64,000 bases of DNA from Octopus vulgaris (Eukaryota): NCBI GenBank assembly GCA_951406725.2, contig OX597825.1, forward strand, positions 31,434,001-31,498,000. Direction: 5' to 3'. Shown here in pieces: positions 26,061-37,974 of this stretch. Every line of letters begins with the position of its first letter. The first letter of the stretch is position 1. Under the pieces are notes generated by a model. That model did no database searches and was not told where the DNA came from. It worked only from the letters and a program-made list of their open reading frames with translations. The translations under genes were made by a program, and so were the position numbers.

Positions 26061-26136
26061 TGCACTGAAGTATGTAGTTTAAATAAACTTCCAATGCATA
26101 TCTGTTTCGATTTTCTATCAGCAGTAGTAACAGAGA

Positions 26137-26184
<48 letters not shown>

Positions 26185-26804
26185 TTTGAAAGCTGATATA
26201 GCGTTTGAAGAGCGTAGATGAATGATTACGCGTGGCGAAAGAGAAAGTAGGACAGAGAAGCAAAACGTCTTTTTCTTTTAAAGCAGTGAATGAATGCGTG
26301 CGCGAGTGTGTGTATACGTGCGTGCTTGTGGAAGTGGAGGGGGGCACATTTCTTAGAAATTGAATTGTTTTCATTTCATTGACACTATTCTGAGACAACT
26401 AGAATGTGGTTGTTACTGAGTGCGTCTACGTACATGTGCATTTCTTAGAAAAATAAGTAAAACGAAAGTAAATAAAATGAAACAATTGTAAAGGAGAGGA
26501 CAGGGTGGAGTGCTGGCAGGATTGTTACCGCACTTGACAAAATTACTTAGCCGCGTTTCTCTCGGCTTTACGTCCCGAACTGAAATTCCGGTGGGGTTGA
26601 TTATGCCCTTCGGGTGAACGAAATCCTTGAAGGTGGATTTGGTAGACGGTAACGTGTTTGCACGCGCACGCGCACGTGTGTGTGCGTGTGTGTGTGTATG
26701 TGTTCTTTTTTCCCCACCACCGCTTGAAAGCCGATGTTGTCTATATTATTGTAGATACCATAAAATAAAGAAGCGTGCATTTTGCCAAATGTCAGTATCA
26801 GAGT

Positions 26805-27200
26805 TTCTCTCGTGATATCTACCGCAGTGTAGTTTGTTCTAACAGAACAGCAACATTTAAGGGACACCCTAACCCTAACCCTAAGATGTGTATTTTTAGC
26901 AAGTTAACTGGCTAATCTCGACACCAGCGTCTGTTCTGCCATGTTTTTTCTATATATCGCTAACGGGGAGACGAGATGCTTCTATCTCTGTCGGTCGAGC
27001 GTCCATCATTGACGAGATCAAGGAAGGTTGAAATCACGTGATCTGGTGGTCACGATACTGGAGGTTGTGAGGATTTATCTCCCCTGCTAGCGATAGAAAC
27101 AAGCATGCACTTTGCACCAAAAGCCAATATGAGCGGTTCTCTCATAATATCTACCGCAGTTTATAGTTTGTTCTAATAGAACATCTACGTTTCAGTGGGG
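26805..27200. mobile_element. Composite repeat: ~60-bp direct repeats around (CCCTAA)3 and an inverted-repeat element
   Basis: Direct repeats at 26805 and 27137; ccctaaccctaaccctaa 26867-26884; ~30-bp IRs 26940-26971 and 27078-27107; related inverted sequence at ~39710-39870. Confidence 0.55.
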
Positions 27201-29022
27201 ATCAATATTCAGTCTCGGTATTATTATATTCTCTCTCGGTATTAATACTGCTTCTGTCACTAATATATAATTGTTAAATAATACAGTAATATATTTTGTC
27301 CCCGACGCTCCCCTAACGATTTTTTCATCCTCCACTCTAATGAGCCCGACTGAAAGTTATATATATTTTTGTAGTAATGCTGTTTGCACAAACGCATGGA
27401 TAGCTAAGCTAAATGCTTCTCGACCATTGTTTTGCTTTCAACCCCTTTGGTTTCTATTTTACTCTACTGGACTCTCCTAGCCATTCGATGTTTTAAAAAG
27501 TACCATTATATTTTTATAACTAAACACTATTGGAAATTGTATTTAAAAAATTGTTAAAATATTTGGGATTGTATGTTGTCAACTTAATGTGACAGTCCCA
27601 TGAAAGGGAAGAATGTTACTGTTATTTAGCTCTAGGAAACAACATACTATCACATTATCGTGCTGCTACTGCATACATCTCTCTGAGAGATTTAGAAATA
27701 TATTATTTCTATATTTGGGGGTTTTGTAGAATTACAGCCAGTTTACTGCACATAAATTTTAACAACATAAATTTTAACAACAAAATGTGAAACCCCAAGG
27801 GCCATGTGGACTCCGGTTGAGAATTGCTAGAGTAACGGATATACACATTCTCATATTATGTCACCAACAACTTCATCGCGCCTCCAACCAAAACACCTAA
27901 ATTACCGGTAAGGTTTACAGTCGGTCTGTTTGATTTTTCTCATTTACTGACAGTTGGATAGACTGGCAGTAAATAGGAACCTCTAAGTTGTAAGCATCGG
28001 TAGCACTATGATGGTTTGGTTTATAGTCCTGAATTCGATTACTGTCCATTGAAAAGTCCACTAATGTCTTATCCAATGAAGGATACATGTTTTTCCCTTC
28101 CTCTTATACAAACCAAATTTGCGAATTAACACTCCACATCAATATGAATACATCAGGATTAGAGGCTCTATCTTACAATTAATTCTTTAACTATCTAATC
28201 TGGAAACTAATCCTAACGATTAACTGGGCTGGTATTCTGATATTTTTTCTGGTTTCGTAGTGCCATTTCCCTCTCTTGGTTATGTATCAAGGAGAAGAGA
28301 AGCTTTTCACAGAAAAGCTTATGGCCAACTGTTACCTGGAAATGAAATATGTTATTTGCCTATTAAAACATTTATTAGAATGTACCTACCACCAACTTAG
28401 ACTAGGGATTTTGAATGGATCTTTTCTAAATCATCTAAGAAATGAAACTGAGATATTATTGAATTATGAAGGATCTATAGTGGAGCTCATTAGTTTTGAA
28501 CACTCTCTCCATATACCATATATTGTATCATTATTGTATTTCCTTATAGGAACAAAAAGTGGGCTTGGCCGTGTGGTTACTTCGATACTCACACGGGAAT
28601 ATAAAACTAGTAATAATAGTATTACGCTGAACAGATAAAAACAATTATATCTCACCCATCTGTTTACGATGCTAGTCAGATATAAATAACTGTCAAAAGT
28701 ACATCTTCAAAACTGTTCCCAATACATTAAGTCAAATAAACACAACGTGCAAATAATAATTTGCTGTTTATAAACAATACAAGAACACAACAACAGTTTT
28801 GAATACATGATCCATAATGTCAACCATCTAATAACGTTAACTACTTTGTTCCTTCGTTTTGTAATCCGTTCGCGTGTTGAGCCATCATTATACTCGCTAA
28901 AAGTAAGTGCTTGTATCCGTTTTCCTTGCAAACAATTAAGCAGAATCAATTCGACTACGAAATCAATTTTATCGACCTTTAGAATTATGTTTAAAGTACT
29001 ATTTTCGGTAATAAAAAATTTT

Positions 29023-29086
<64 letters not shown>

Positions 29087-29755
29087 CCCGTGGTAAAATT
29101 CAACGAGGAAGACCTGCTCAAAAATAGCAGCCAAATCTCCCTCAAACCATATCCTGCCATTTATAAGAAGGAAAACATTGGATAAAATAATTCCTGAAAA
29201 AGAAACAGCATGGTGATGTCTGAAATGCCTTTGAGCATCATGAGTCTATTTGAGTAGGGGTGAGCTGGGACCAAAGAGCAGTCTTAAGTTTTCTATTGAC
29301 AGAGCTATCATGAACATATATATATATATATGGTAGGTAGTCCATCGGTGTCCGTGATGACAAAATCTCAGTCCAAAGCTGGAAGCACACAAGCACCCAT
29401 AGATGTCATGGTGATAGACTGTATTGAAGTGGATGCTGCCATGTGACGTCTTTCGCTTGCAGTAACGAGACACTGTCGCCACGAAGTAGGACTGAATCCG
29501 GAAGTGTGTGGTTGATAGGCAAGAAGGCGCCAATATCTATGCAACTGATCGTATTAATAGATGTACGACATCAGGTGAAGCCAACGAATTATTTCGATAA
29601 CAAAATAACACTTACTAGTCTTGTATACAGGCCTACGCACCTCAAATATACACAATTTAGATATTCTTGGAAGGGTCCATTTCTCCATAACTCAATGGCA
29701 AGGGCGAACAAAAACACACCCGTTCAGGCCAAATACTACTACAACAATAATCGTG

Positions 29756-29839
<84 letters not shown>

Positions 29840-30347
29840 GGATATAGGCACACACCAGAAAAGGTCACAGAAAACGAGAAAGCAACCATACTCTGGGATA
29901 TGCTAATACACACAGATAGAGAAATTAAGGCCAACAGACCAGATATAGTTGTCAGAGATCATGAAGAAAAAAATGTTTTCTAATTGATTAATCAATACCA
30001 GCGGATGACAACGTGTCTCTAAAAGAAATGGAGAAACTTTCAAAATACAAAGATCTGGAAATAGAGGTAACCAGAATGTGGAATCTAAAAGCAGAAACAA
30101 TTCCTATCATAATAGGTGCATTAGGCATGATGAAAAAATATTCAGACAAATACATAACAAAAACACCAGGACTTACAAACACATATAACATACAGAAAAT
30201 TGCACTACTAGGCACTGCACACATCCTACGCAGAACACTTTCCATACAATAACCATCAGAGCATCACAACAAATCACAGCACATACCCAAGGCACACACA
30301 GCTGCGCTCGGTAGTGAAGTGAAAGCACGATATAAAAAATATACTAT

Positions 30348-30350
<3 letters not shown>
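29840..30350 (+). mobile_element. R4/Dong-clade LINE 3' fragment inside (TAA)n
   Basis: HTPEKVTENEKATILWDM…KANRPDIVVRD…SIPADDNVSLKEMEKLSKYKDLEIE…IGALG…QKIALLGTAHILRR (RLE endonuclease). (TAA)n on both sides. Confidence 0.9.
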
Positions 30351-30420
<70 letters not shown>

Positions 30421-30422
<2 letters not shown>

Positions 30423-30647
30423 TTCTGTCTTGGTATAAAAGATGGGCTACAGCAAATATTCTGCTCAATACCACATATTTGCTTGTCAGTTGTTTGACTT
30501 TAAACAGTTGACCATGTCCCTTAGTGGTTGACGATATGTGCATCTCTGATCACGAGAAGAAGTAGTGGGAGGGCATCATGTGTTGAGAGGGATTCTTTGG
30601 GGTTTGAATAATTCACCTCTGAAAACATGGGTGTTTCGTTCAACATC
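30421..30647 (+). mobile_element. Family D partial copy
   Basis: Reverse complement of ~34730-34960; follows (TAA)n. Confidence 0.85.
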
Positions 30648-30699
30648 TGACACTATTTTTCAAAATAATTATATATCATGAATAAATTACTAACAGTAA

Positions 30700-31850
30700 T
30701 CTTACCATAATTGATTGACGAACAAATCTGTAGATATTGATAGAATGGTCAAAGGGGGTGAGTTATAAAAACTTAGTCTATCTTTATTAAAGAAAAATAC
30801 TGTGCCCATCTTACTCCGTTCTTTTTCAGCCAAGTATTAACACCTTTACGCAACAAGTTAAAATTCGTTGGAGTTTTATGCAAATACTCTCGAAGTGCAG
30901 TCAATCCTCTTTTGTATATGGACGACCTCAAGACATCTAGAAACATCATCATCATCATCATTGTTCGACCGTGGTCGAGACAATGGAATTTACTATGTTA
31001 CGCCAGACTTCACGGTCCATCATAGCATTACGAAGGTCCTGTTGCTGGATGCCTGTATCCCTGGAGATTACATCAGGGTAGGAGAGTGTGCGCCCTCTGG
31101 TATTGCGAGTAGATGGCTTCCAGAGGAGAAGAGTAGAAATTACTTCTTTTTCAGCTCTACAACAATGTCCAGCAAACTGGACTCTCCTACCTTTCACAAG
31201 AGATGACACAGGTGGTAGTTTCCCATATATTTGCATTTTGGTTGGATGGCGCTTCCACGAGAGATTTTGAGCTCTCATAAGGAGGCGAGTGTAGGTTCCA
31301 TCCAACCGCCTCTCAAGTTTCTTTGATAACGTCCAGGTTTCTGAGCCATATAGTAGAATTGGTTCGACTGTGGCTTTGAATATTTCAAGTTTGAAGTCTC
31401 TACTTAGATTTGATGACCAGATCTTATGCATCTAGAAACACTGCTACTGACAATACATAGATCTTGAGATTCGGATAAGAAAACTGTGTTAATCTATCCT
31501 TGAAAAGATGAAAATAAATAATGGAACTTGATAGAGAAACAAATATAGGTAATAAGACGGAACAAACATAGGTTAACAAATGGAAAGGAATCGCCGATTT
31601 AGGCAGAGTTCAAGATGAGGAAGGATTATTACAAACGCATTCGATGCATATTTAAACAAAACTGATTGATAAAAAATATATCAAGTAAAACCCTATCTTT
31701 GTAATAATTTGTAGTAAAAATATTCTCGACTGGTGGTTAATCGAATTCACAAGACTCAGCAGGAAAACAAGATAATTTATGACTGAATTTTGATTATACC
31801 ACCCACAATATGACAAACGAAGTATATATTGCCAAGAAGAAAGTGAGCTG
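30700..31850 (+). pseudogene. Old R4/Dong-like RT remnant interrupted by an RTE insertion
   Basis: HLTPFFFSQVLTPL…AVNPLLYMDDLK (YMDD at ~30915); after the insertion, WWLIEFTRLSRKTR and YHPQYD…YLPRRK (cf. LDRKTRK…HHP…LYLPRxxGGRGL). Confidence 0.6.
30946..31428 (-). mobile_element. Young 5'-truncated RTE-group LINE with 12-bp TSD and (TGA)n tail
   Basis: Uninterrupted ORF …PILLYGSETWTLSK…FAGHCCR…AMMDREVWR… ending in (tga)n. Identical catctagaaaca at 30934-30945 and 31429-31440. Confidence 0.9.
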
Positions 31851-31895
31851 GTAATAATATATGAATTCTAAGTATATATATATATATATATAAAA

Positions 31896-32101
31896 AGTTA
31901 ATCCAAACATGAAAACACAAAGAGAGAACACAACAACGCGAGGACGTGGAACAAGTGTAGTATTATTGGACGCTCAGGAAGGAAGGGAAGAAGAAGGGTT
32001 CAACGTTTCGAGCGGAGCTCTTCGTCAGAAACATAGGAAAAGGAAAGATCCAGAGAAGGGAAGACGGAGGAAAAAATCGCCAACGGTACACACGTGGTCA
32101 C

Positions 32102-32104
<3 letters not shown>
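31896..32104 (-). mobile_element. ~210-bp PLE-type module in (TA)n, copy 1
   Basis: Near-identical to 32749-32954; flanked by TA tracts; contains a hammerhead motif. Confidence 0.8.
31998..32032 (-). ncRNA. Minimal type-I hammerhead ribozyme motif
   Basis: GUUU-CUGACGA-A-GAGC-UCC-GCUC-GAAAC-GUU-GAAC: intact core, 4-bp helices I and II, palindromic AACGUU helix III. Confidence 0.7.
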
Positions 32105-32142
<38 letters not shown>

Positions 32143-32389
32143 TTAATAATCCAGCTGGTCTTTAGCAACATTAGCGCCTGTTTTGGCTCCATATATCACT
32201 AGCGTGGCAATTACTACTATTTACAGCTGATTGGTGTCTATCGTTGAAACGGTTAAATCAGGCCGAAATCACGGGATCCGGTTATCAGAGCGGCGGAATT
32301 AGTGGTGATTCTCTGCCGCTTGTGATAACTATGATGTACTTTTATGCACAATATAACCATATGGGAGTTTTCTTTCATGGTAAATATTC

Positions 32390-32587
32390 CCCTATATTGC
32401 CTGGTATTTATTCTATCGGAAAATTTTGCCAAACTGATTAGTTGAAAGGACATAAACAAACTAACACTGAGAGTCAGACGTTCAAGGACAAATACAGACA
32501 CGCACACACACACACACATGCATACTCATGTGTGTGTGCGCGCGCGAATGTATATGTACATGTGTGTATATAAAAAAATATATTATG

Positions 32588-32671
<84 letters not shown>

Positions 32672-32689
32672 TGTATGTATGTATGTATG

Positions 32690-32753
<64 letters not shown>

Positions 32754-33105
32754 ATCCAAACAAGAAAGCACAAAAAACACAACAACGCGAGGACGTGGAA
32801 CAAATATAGTATTATTGGACGCTCAGGAAAGAAGGAAAGAAGGAGGGTTTAACGTTTCGAGCAGAGCTCTTCGTCGGAAACATAGGAGAAGGAATGATCC
32901 AGAGAAGGGAAGACAGAGGAAAAAAATCGCCAACGGTACACATGCGGTCACATTTTGAATATATATATATATACGACGGGCTTCCACAGTTTCCGTTGTC
33001 CATCCGGAGCTATAGTAGAATTATGGAAGATACTTGCCGAGGTGCCTCGTAGTGGAACTGTACCCGAAACCACGTCGTTGCAAAACAAACTTCTTAAACA
33101 CACAC
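32390..33105 (-). mobile_element. Old SINE family A whose internal microsatellite hosts the second hammerhead module
   Basis: 5' half at 32971-33105 and degenerate 3' half at ~32390-32500 match 58899-59312. Confidence 0.6.
32749..32954 (-). mobile_element. ~210-bp PLE-type module, copy 2 (hammerhead core mutated to CCGACGA at 32847-32881)
   Basis: Aligns with 31896-32104; helix I is GUUU/AAAC. Confidence 0.8.
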
Positions 33106-34232
33106 CCATCTTGAGAAGCTGTCGAAAAATAAGAAGTTAAAGGACTTCATTAATCCCCAATTGATCCTGAAAGAACAGAGTGATGAAGACATGTATACAG
33201 ACATGTAGATACCCAGTGATATGTAGAAATACACAAATACACGGAGATATATGTATGGGTTTGTGTATGAGTGACAACGTAGTCATATTTCATGCCATCA
33301 AAATGCGATAAATGTTATAACAGGTAGAAGTATAGTCGAGTGTATCATAACCCTACAAATACCAGGTACTTTTCGCTATCGACCCGGAGCGTGGGCGCCG
33401 TGATGCAATTAATCATGCGCCTTTCCGTATGAGATTCAATCAATGGATGTTTGCAGAACAAAAATGCTACTGTTCGCACTTGTAAATAGAAATGTTTATA
33501 TTTACAGCTGCTCCTGTTGAGCTGTTCTATCCGATTGGTTACAATCCCAAATCACATTTGTTTTACTATAACCAGTGATTCAATATGATGGCCATGTGTA
33601 ATGATATCGTTATTAATAATTATAGCAGGGTGTGGATTCTGAAGAATACCTGCACATTTCCCCATTCGCATGTATGAGTGTGTGTGCATGTATATGTATA
33701 TACTCTGTTATATGTTTGTGTGAATTAGTACATGTACGTATGTCTGCCTGTATGTATGTGTGAATGTATGAGAATATAACAGGGTAAGGCCGTTATTAGG
33801 AGAGGTTAAGAAGGCAAAGAGGAGAGTGAAATATATAAAATACAACAATATAGAGTGCAAAAAAAAGTAGTATTGAACAAGGAAGTATGAAGAGGTTTAA
33901 TTCATCTGTAATAGATTTATGAATATAAAAGTTTTAAAGCTATTTCATTAAGACATTAAATGTAAATTTATATAATTGCAATACGGGTGTTGAACACAAA
34001 TAAAGTATGAAGTATAAGTGAAATCTATGCCTTACTGCTTAATGCTAAATACGTGACTCCTAATGATCGTTTTAACCGGTTATGCGTATGCATGCAAGTA
34101 GGTCTTAATTTTTACAGCGATGTCAACTTCCTAGAGTTTAGCTACGTAATTGGATTCTTAATTAACATTGTTGCAAATAATACGGTGTAAGATGGCTAAT
34201 GTAATCCTCCATCCTGGTGGCAAATATCGGTG

Positions 34233-34294
<62 letters not shown>

Positions 34295-34305
34295 CATTAT
34301 TATTA

Positions 34306-34369
<64 letters not shown>

Positions 34370-34406
34370 CATTATTATTATTGTTATTATTATTATTATT
34401 ATTATT

Positions 34407-34443
<37 letters not shown>

Positions 34444-34444
34444 C

Positions 34445-34478
<34 letters not shown>

Positions 34479-35017
34479 GAGTGAGCGAGCAGAGCATGCC
34501 ATCAAAGTGACACTGGGGTAAAATATACGAAGCCCAGTATATCCATCATGACTACCCGTCTGATAAGGGTACACCAGGCACATGCATCACAACCATATGT
34601 GCGCGACATGGTGATCTCATATCAAGATAAACAGCACATGACCTTGCAGGTGGAGCCCAGTTAGAATTTTCTTCAGATCGAGTAACCCATCCCGCTCAAA
34701 AGGTCCCTGAATAAGGGTTGTTTAAGGACGTTGAACGAAACACCTATGTTTCCAGAGGTGAATTATTCAAACCCCAAAGAATCCTTCTCAACACATGGCT
34801 ATGATGCTCCCCCACTACTTCTGCTCGTGATCAGAGATGCACATATCGTCAGCCACTAAGGGGCATGCTCAACTGGTTAAGGTCAAACAACTGACAAGCA
34901 AATCTGTGGTATTGAGCAGAATATTTGCTGTAGCCCATCTTTTATACCAAGACAAAACAATGTACATGATAACACTTCCAATCAGTTAAGATCAGAAGCC
35001 ATGAGAGCCACTGCCTG
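34479..35017 (-). mobile_element. Family D: ~540-bp non-coding element in (TAA)n
   Basis: Five further full or partial copies in the window, all adjoining (TAA)n; no ORF; 3' hairpin 34533-34578. Confidence 0.85.
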
Positions 35018-35073
<56 letters not shown>

Positions 35074-35084
35074 CATTATTATTA

Positions 35085-35150
<66 letters not shown>

Positions 35151-35151
35151 C

Positions 35152-35237
<86 letters not shown>

Positions 35238-35238
<1 letters not shown>

Positions 35239-35450
35239 GACGGCGTGCTGGCAGAATCGTTAGCACGCCGGGTGAAGGGCTTAGCGGTATTTCATCTGTT
35301 GCTACGTTCTGAGTTCAAATTTCGCCGAGGACTGCTTTGCCTTTTATCCTTTCCGGTTCCGATGAAATAAGAATCTGTTACGTACTGTGATCGATATAAT
35401 TGACTAGCCCCCTCCCCAAAATTTCAACCCTTGTGCCTACAATAGAAAGG
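35238..35450 (+). mobile_element. SINE family C, diverged
   Basis: ggcgtgctggcagaatcgttagcacgccgg…gagttcaaat. Confidence 0.8.
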
Positions 35451-35458
35451 ATTATTAC

Positions 35459-35545
<87 letters not shown>

Positions 35546-35584
35546 CATTATTATTATCATTATTATTATTATTATTATTATTAT

Positions 35585-36150
35585 ATGGAAACTCACAGCT
35601 TATTGTGCTGAGTATGATGGATGGAAAGTGTCAGGTGCCCACAGCTAGCAGACTAAGGTCACTCTTGTTTACTGGTCATGCTTCAAGAATCCTGTAAAGA
35701 ATTCGTGCAGTTCCAAGCAATGCTGATTTTTGTAGGTGTTCTACCTTCACACTTGCACTTCACACTTACACTTCGTAGTTCTCATTTTCGGTGACTGCTT
35801 CTGAGGTTTGTTCATACCACGTCTTTGCTCTTTTTAGGCCGTGATTTCCCCACAGCTCCCAACGGATCATGCTTGCCACATTGCCATGGCCTCGTTTGTA
35901 TTCCCGTTGTGCCAATTTCGGACATTCACTAACGATATGCCATACCGTTTCACGCCTCTCACTACACATTCTGCATTTTTCGCTATCGGTAGTGTTGACG
36001 ATTCTGAATTTCATATAATTGGTCTTTAACGCTTGTTCTTGAGCTGCACATTTAAGTACTTCTGTCTCTATCTTCAGGTCGCCCCTCCTCTTCCACAGCC
36101 ACCGGTCCTCTGTATCCGTCTTGGCGTTCACATTTCATGCAAACCACTTA
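35585..36150 (-). mobile_element. R4/Dong-clade LINE fragment (CCHC knuckle, internally deleted)
   Basis: LKIETEVLKCAAQEQALKTNY…KCRMCSERRETVWHIVSECPKLAQREYKRGH…; QKSALLGTARIL before the stop; (TAA)n tail. Confidence 0.9.
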
Positions 36151-36153
36151 ATG

Positions 36154-36275
<122 letters not shown>

Positions 36276-36276
36276 C

Positions 36277-36375
<99 letters not shown>

Positions 36376-37196
36376 GCTTTTGCACAGCTTCTAACGCTGG
36401 ATATGTTCTACGGTGTCGGCTGTTCACTACTAGTGAACTTAGGTAACGCCTCTTATTTTTCGAGCACTTTCCGGAGTATTCGCGTGGTTTCAAGCAGTGC
36501 TGTTTTCTGAAAGTGCTCCATCCCCATTGCAGCCCCTATTTGTTCCATCTACTTCTCAAGATTTTTGCTCACTGTTTCCAGGCCTCCAGCAATTATTGGT
36601 ACTACTACCAGCTTTTTCATCGACCACAACTGCTTAACCTCCCAAGTTAATTCTTCCTTATGGCATACCTTATTGTCAGCTGGCCATACAATATCTATGA
36701 CCCAGCATAGTTTGCTTTTTTTCTCAGTTAAGACTATGTCTGGCTTCCTATTCTCTATCTCATGGTCGCACTGAATCATAAAATCCCACAGGATCTTTGC
36801 ATTATCATTTTCGATGATACCTTCGGGTTTGTTGTCGTACCAGTTTTTTGCTCTGTCAAGTTCATACTTGTTGCAATGTGTCCAATGGACAAGCCTTGTT
36901 GTATTGTCGTGGCGTCTCTTATATTCCTTCTGGCGTACATTAGCTGATAATATGCCATACAGTTTCACTATTTTGTCCACAGATTTTGCACTTATCACTA
37001 TCTGATATGTTGTCAACTCTGTATTTTATAGTTTGTTCTTAGTGCCTGCTCTTAGGCAGCACAGTTTAGAGCCTGTTTCCGGTTTTAAATCACTTTTAGT
37101 CATCCACAGCCATCTTTTTTCTCTGTCTGTCTAATCTTCAACATTCCTATGAAATTGTCCATGCATTCTTTTCTTTACCCACCTATTTTCAGTTTC

Positions 37197-37197
<1 letters not shown>
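36376..37197 (-). mobile_element. R4/Dong-clade LINE 3' fragment
   Basis: EYKRRHDN…KPEGIIENDNAKILWDFMIQCDHEIENRKPDIVL…IDIVWPAD; flanked by (TAA)n on its sense strand. Confidence 0.9.
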
Positions 37198-37288
<91 letters not shown>

Positions 37289-37290
37289 CA

Positions 37291-37362
<72 letters not shown>

Positions 37363-37363
<1 letters not shown>

Positions 37364-37772
37364 GTGAGAGAACAGTGCATGCCCTTGCAGGTGGGGCCCA
37401 GTTAGAATTTTCTCCAGGTCGAATTGCCCATCCCGCTCAAAAGGTCCCTGAATAAAGATTGCTTAAGGATGTTGAACAAAACACCCATGTTTCCAAAGGT
37501 GAATTATCCAAACCTCCAAGAATTTCTCTCAACACACGGCCATGACGCTCCCTCACAACTGCTGCTCGTGATCAAAGATGCGCATATCGTCAGCCACTAA
37601 GGAACATGCTCTAATACTTAAGGTCAAACAACTGATAAGCAAATCTGTGGTATTGAGCAGAATATTTGCCGTAGCCCATCTTTTGTACCAAGACAAAACA
37701 ATGTATATGATAACACTTCCAATCAGTTAAAATCAGAAAACATGAGAACTACTTGCTGCTACTGCATTAGGT
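37363..37772 (-). mobile_element. Family D copy with internal deletion
   Basis: Aligns with 34479-35017; between (TAA)n tracts. Confidence 0.85.
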
Positions 37773-37832
37773 CATTTGTTGTTGCTATTATTATTATTAT
37801 TATTATTGTTGCTGTTATCATTATTATTATTA

Positions 37833-37913
<81 letters not shown>

Positions 37914-37974
37914 TACTGTTACTATTTAAGACGTCGTACAGTATCCAATATCGTAATGCTATTGATTGAAGATA

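Noticed and set aside
26867-26884. Telomere
   Set aside because: Only three hexamers, interstitial.
31896-32954. LTR-type retrozyme (two hammerhead LTRs flanking an internal region)
   Set aside because: The spacer contains the 3' half of an old SINE A whose 5' half lies beyond copy 2. The copies are better explained as independent insertions into TA tracts; no TSD or PBS seen.
34975-35000. Resemblance of family D (atcagttaagatcaga) to U2 snRNA
   Set aside because: Short, gapped, on the antisense strand of the element; no other U2 features.
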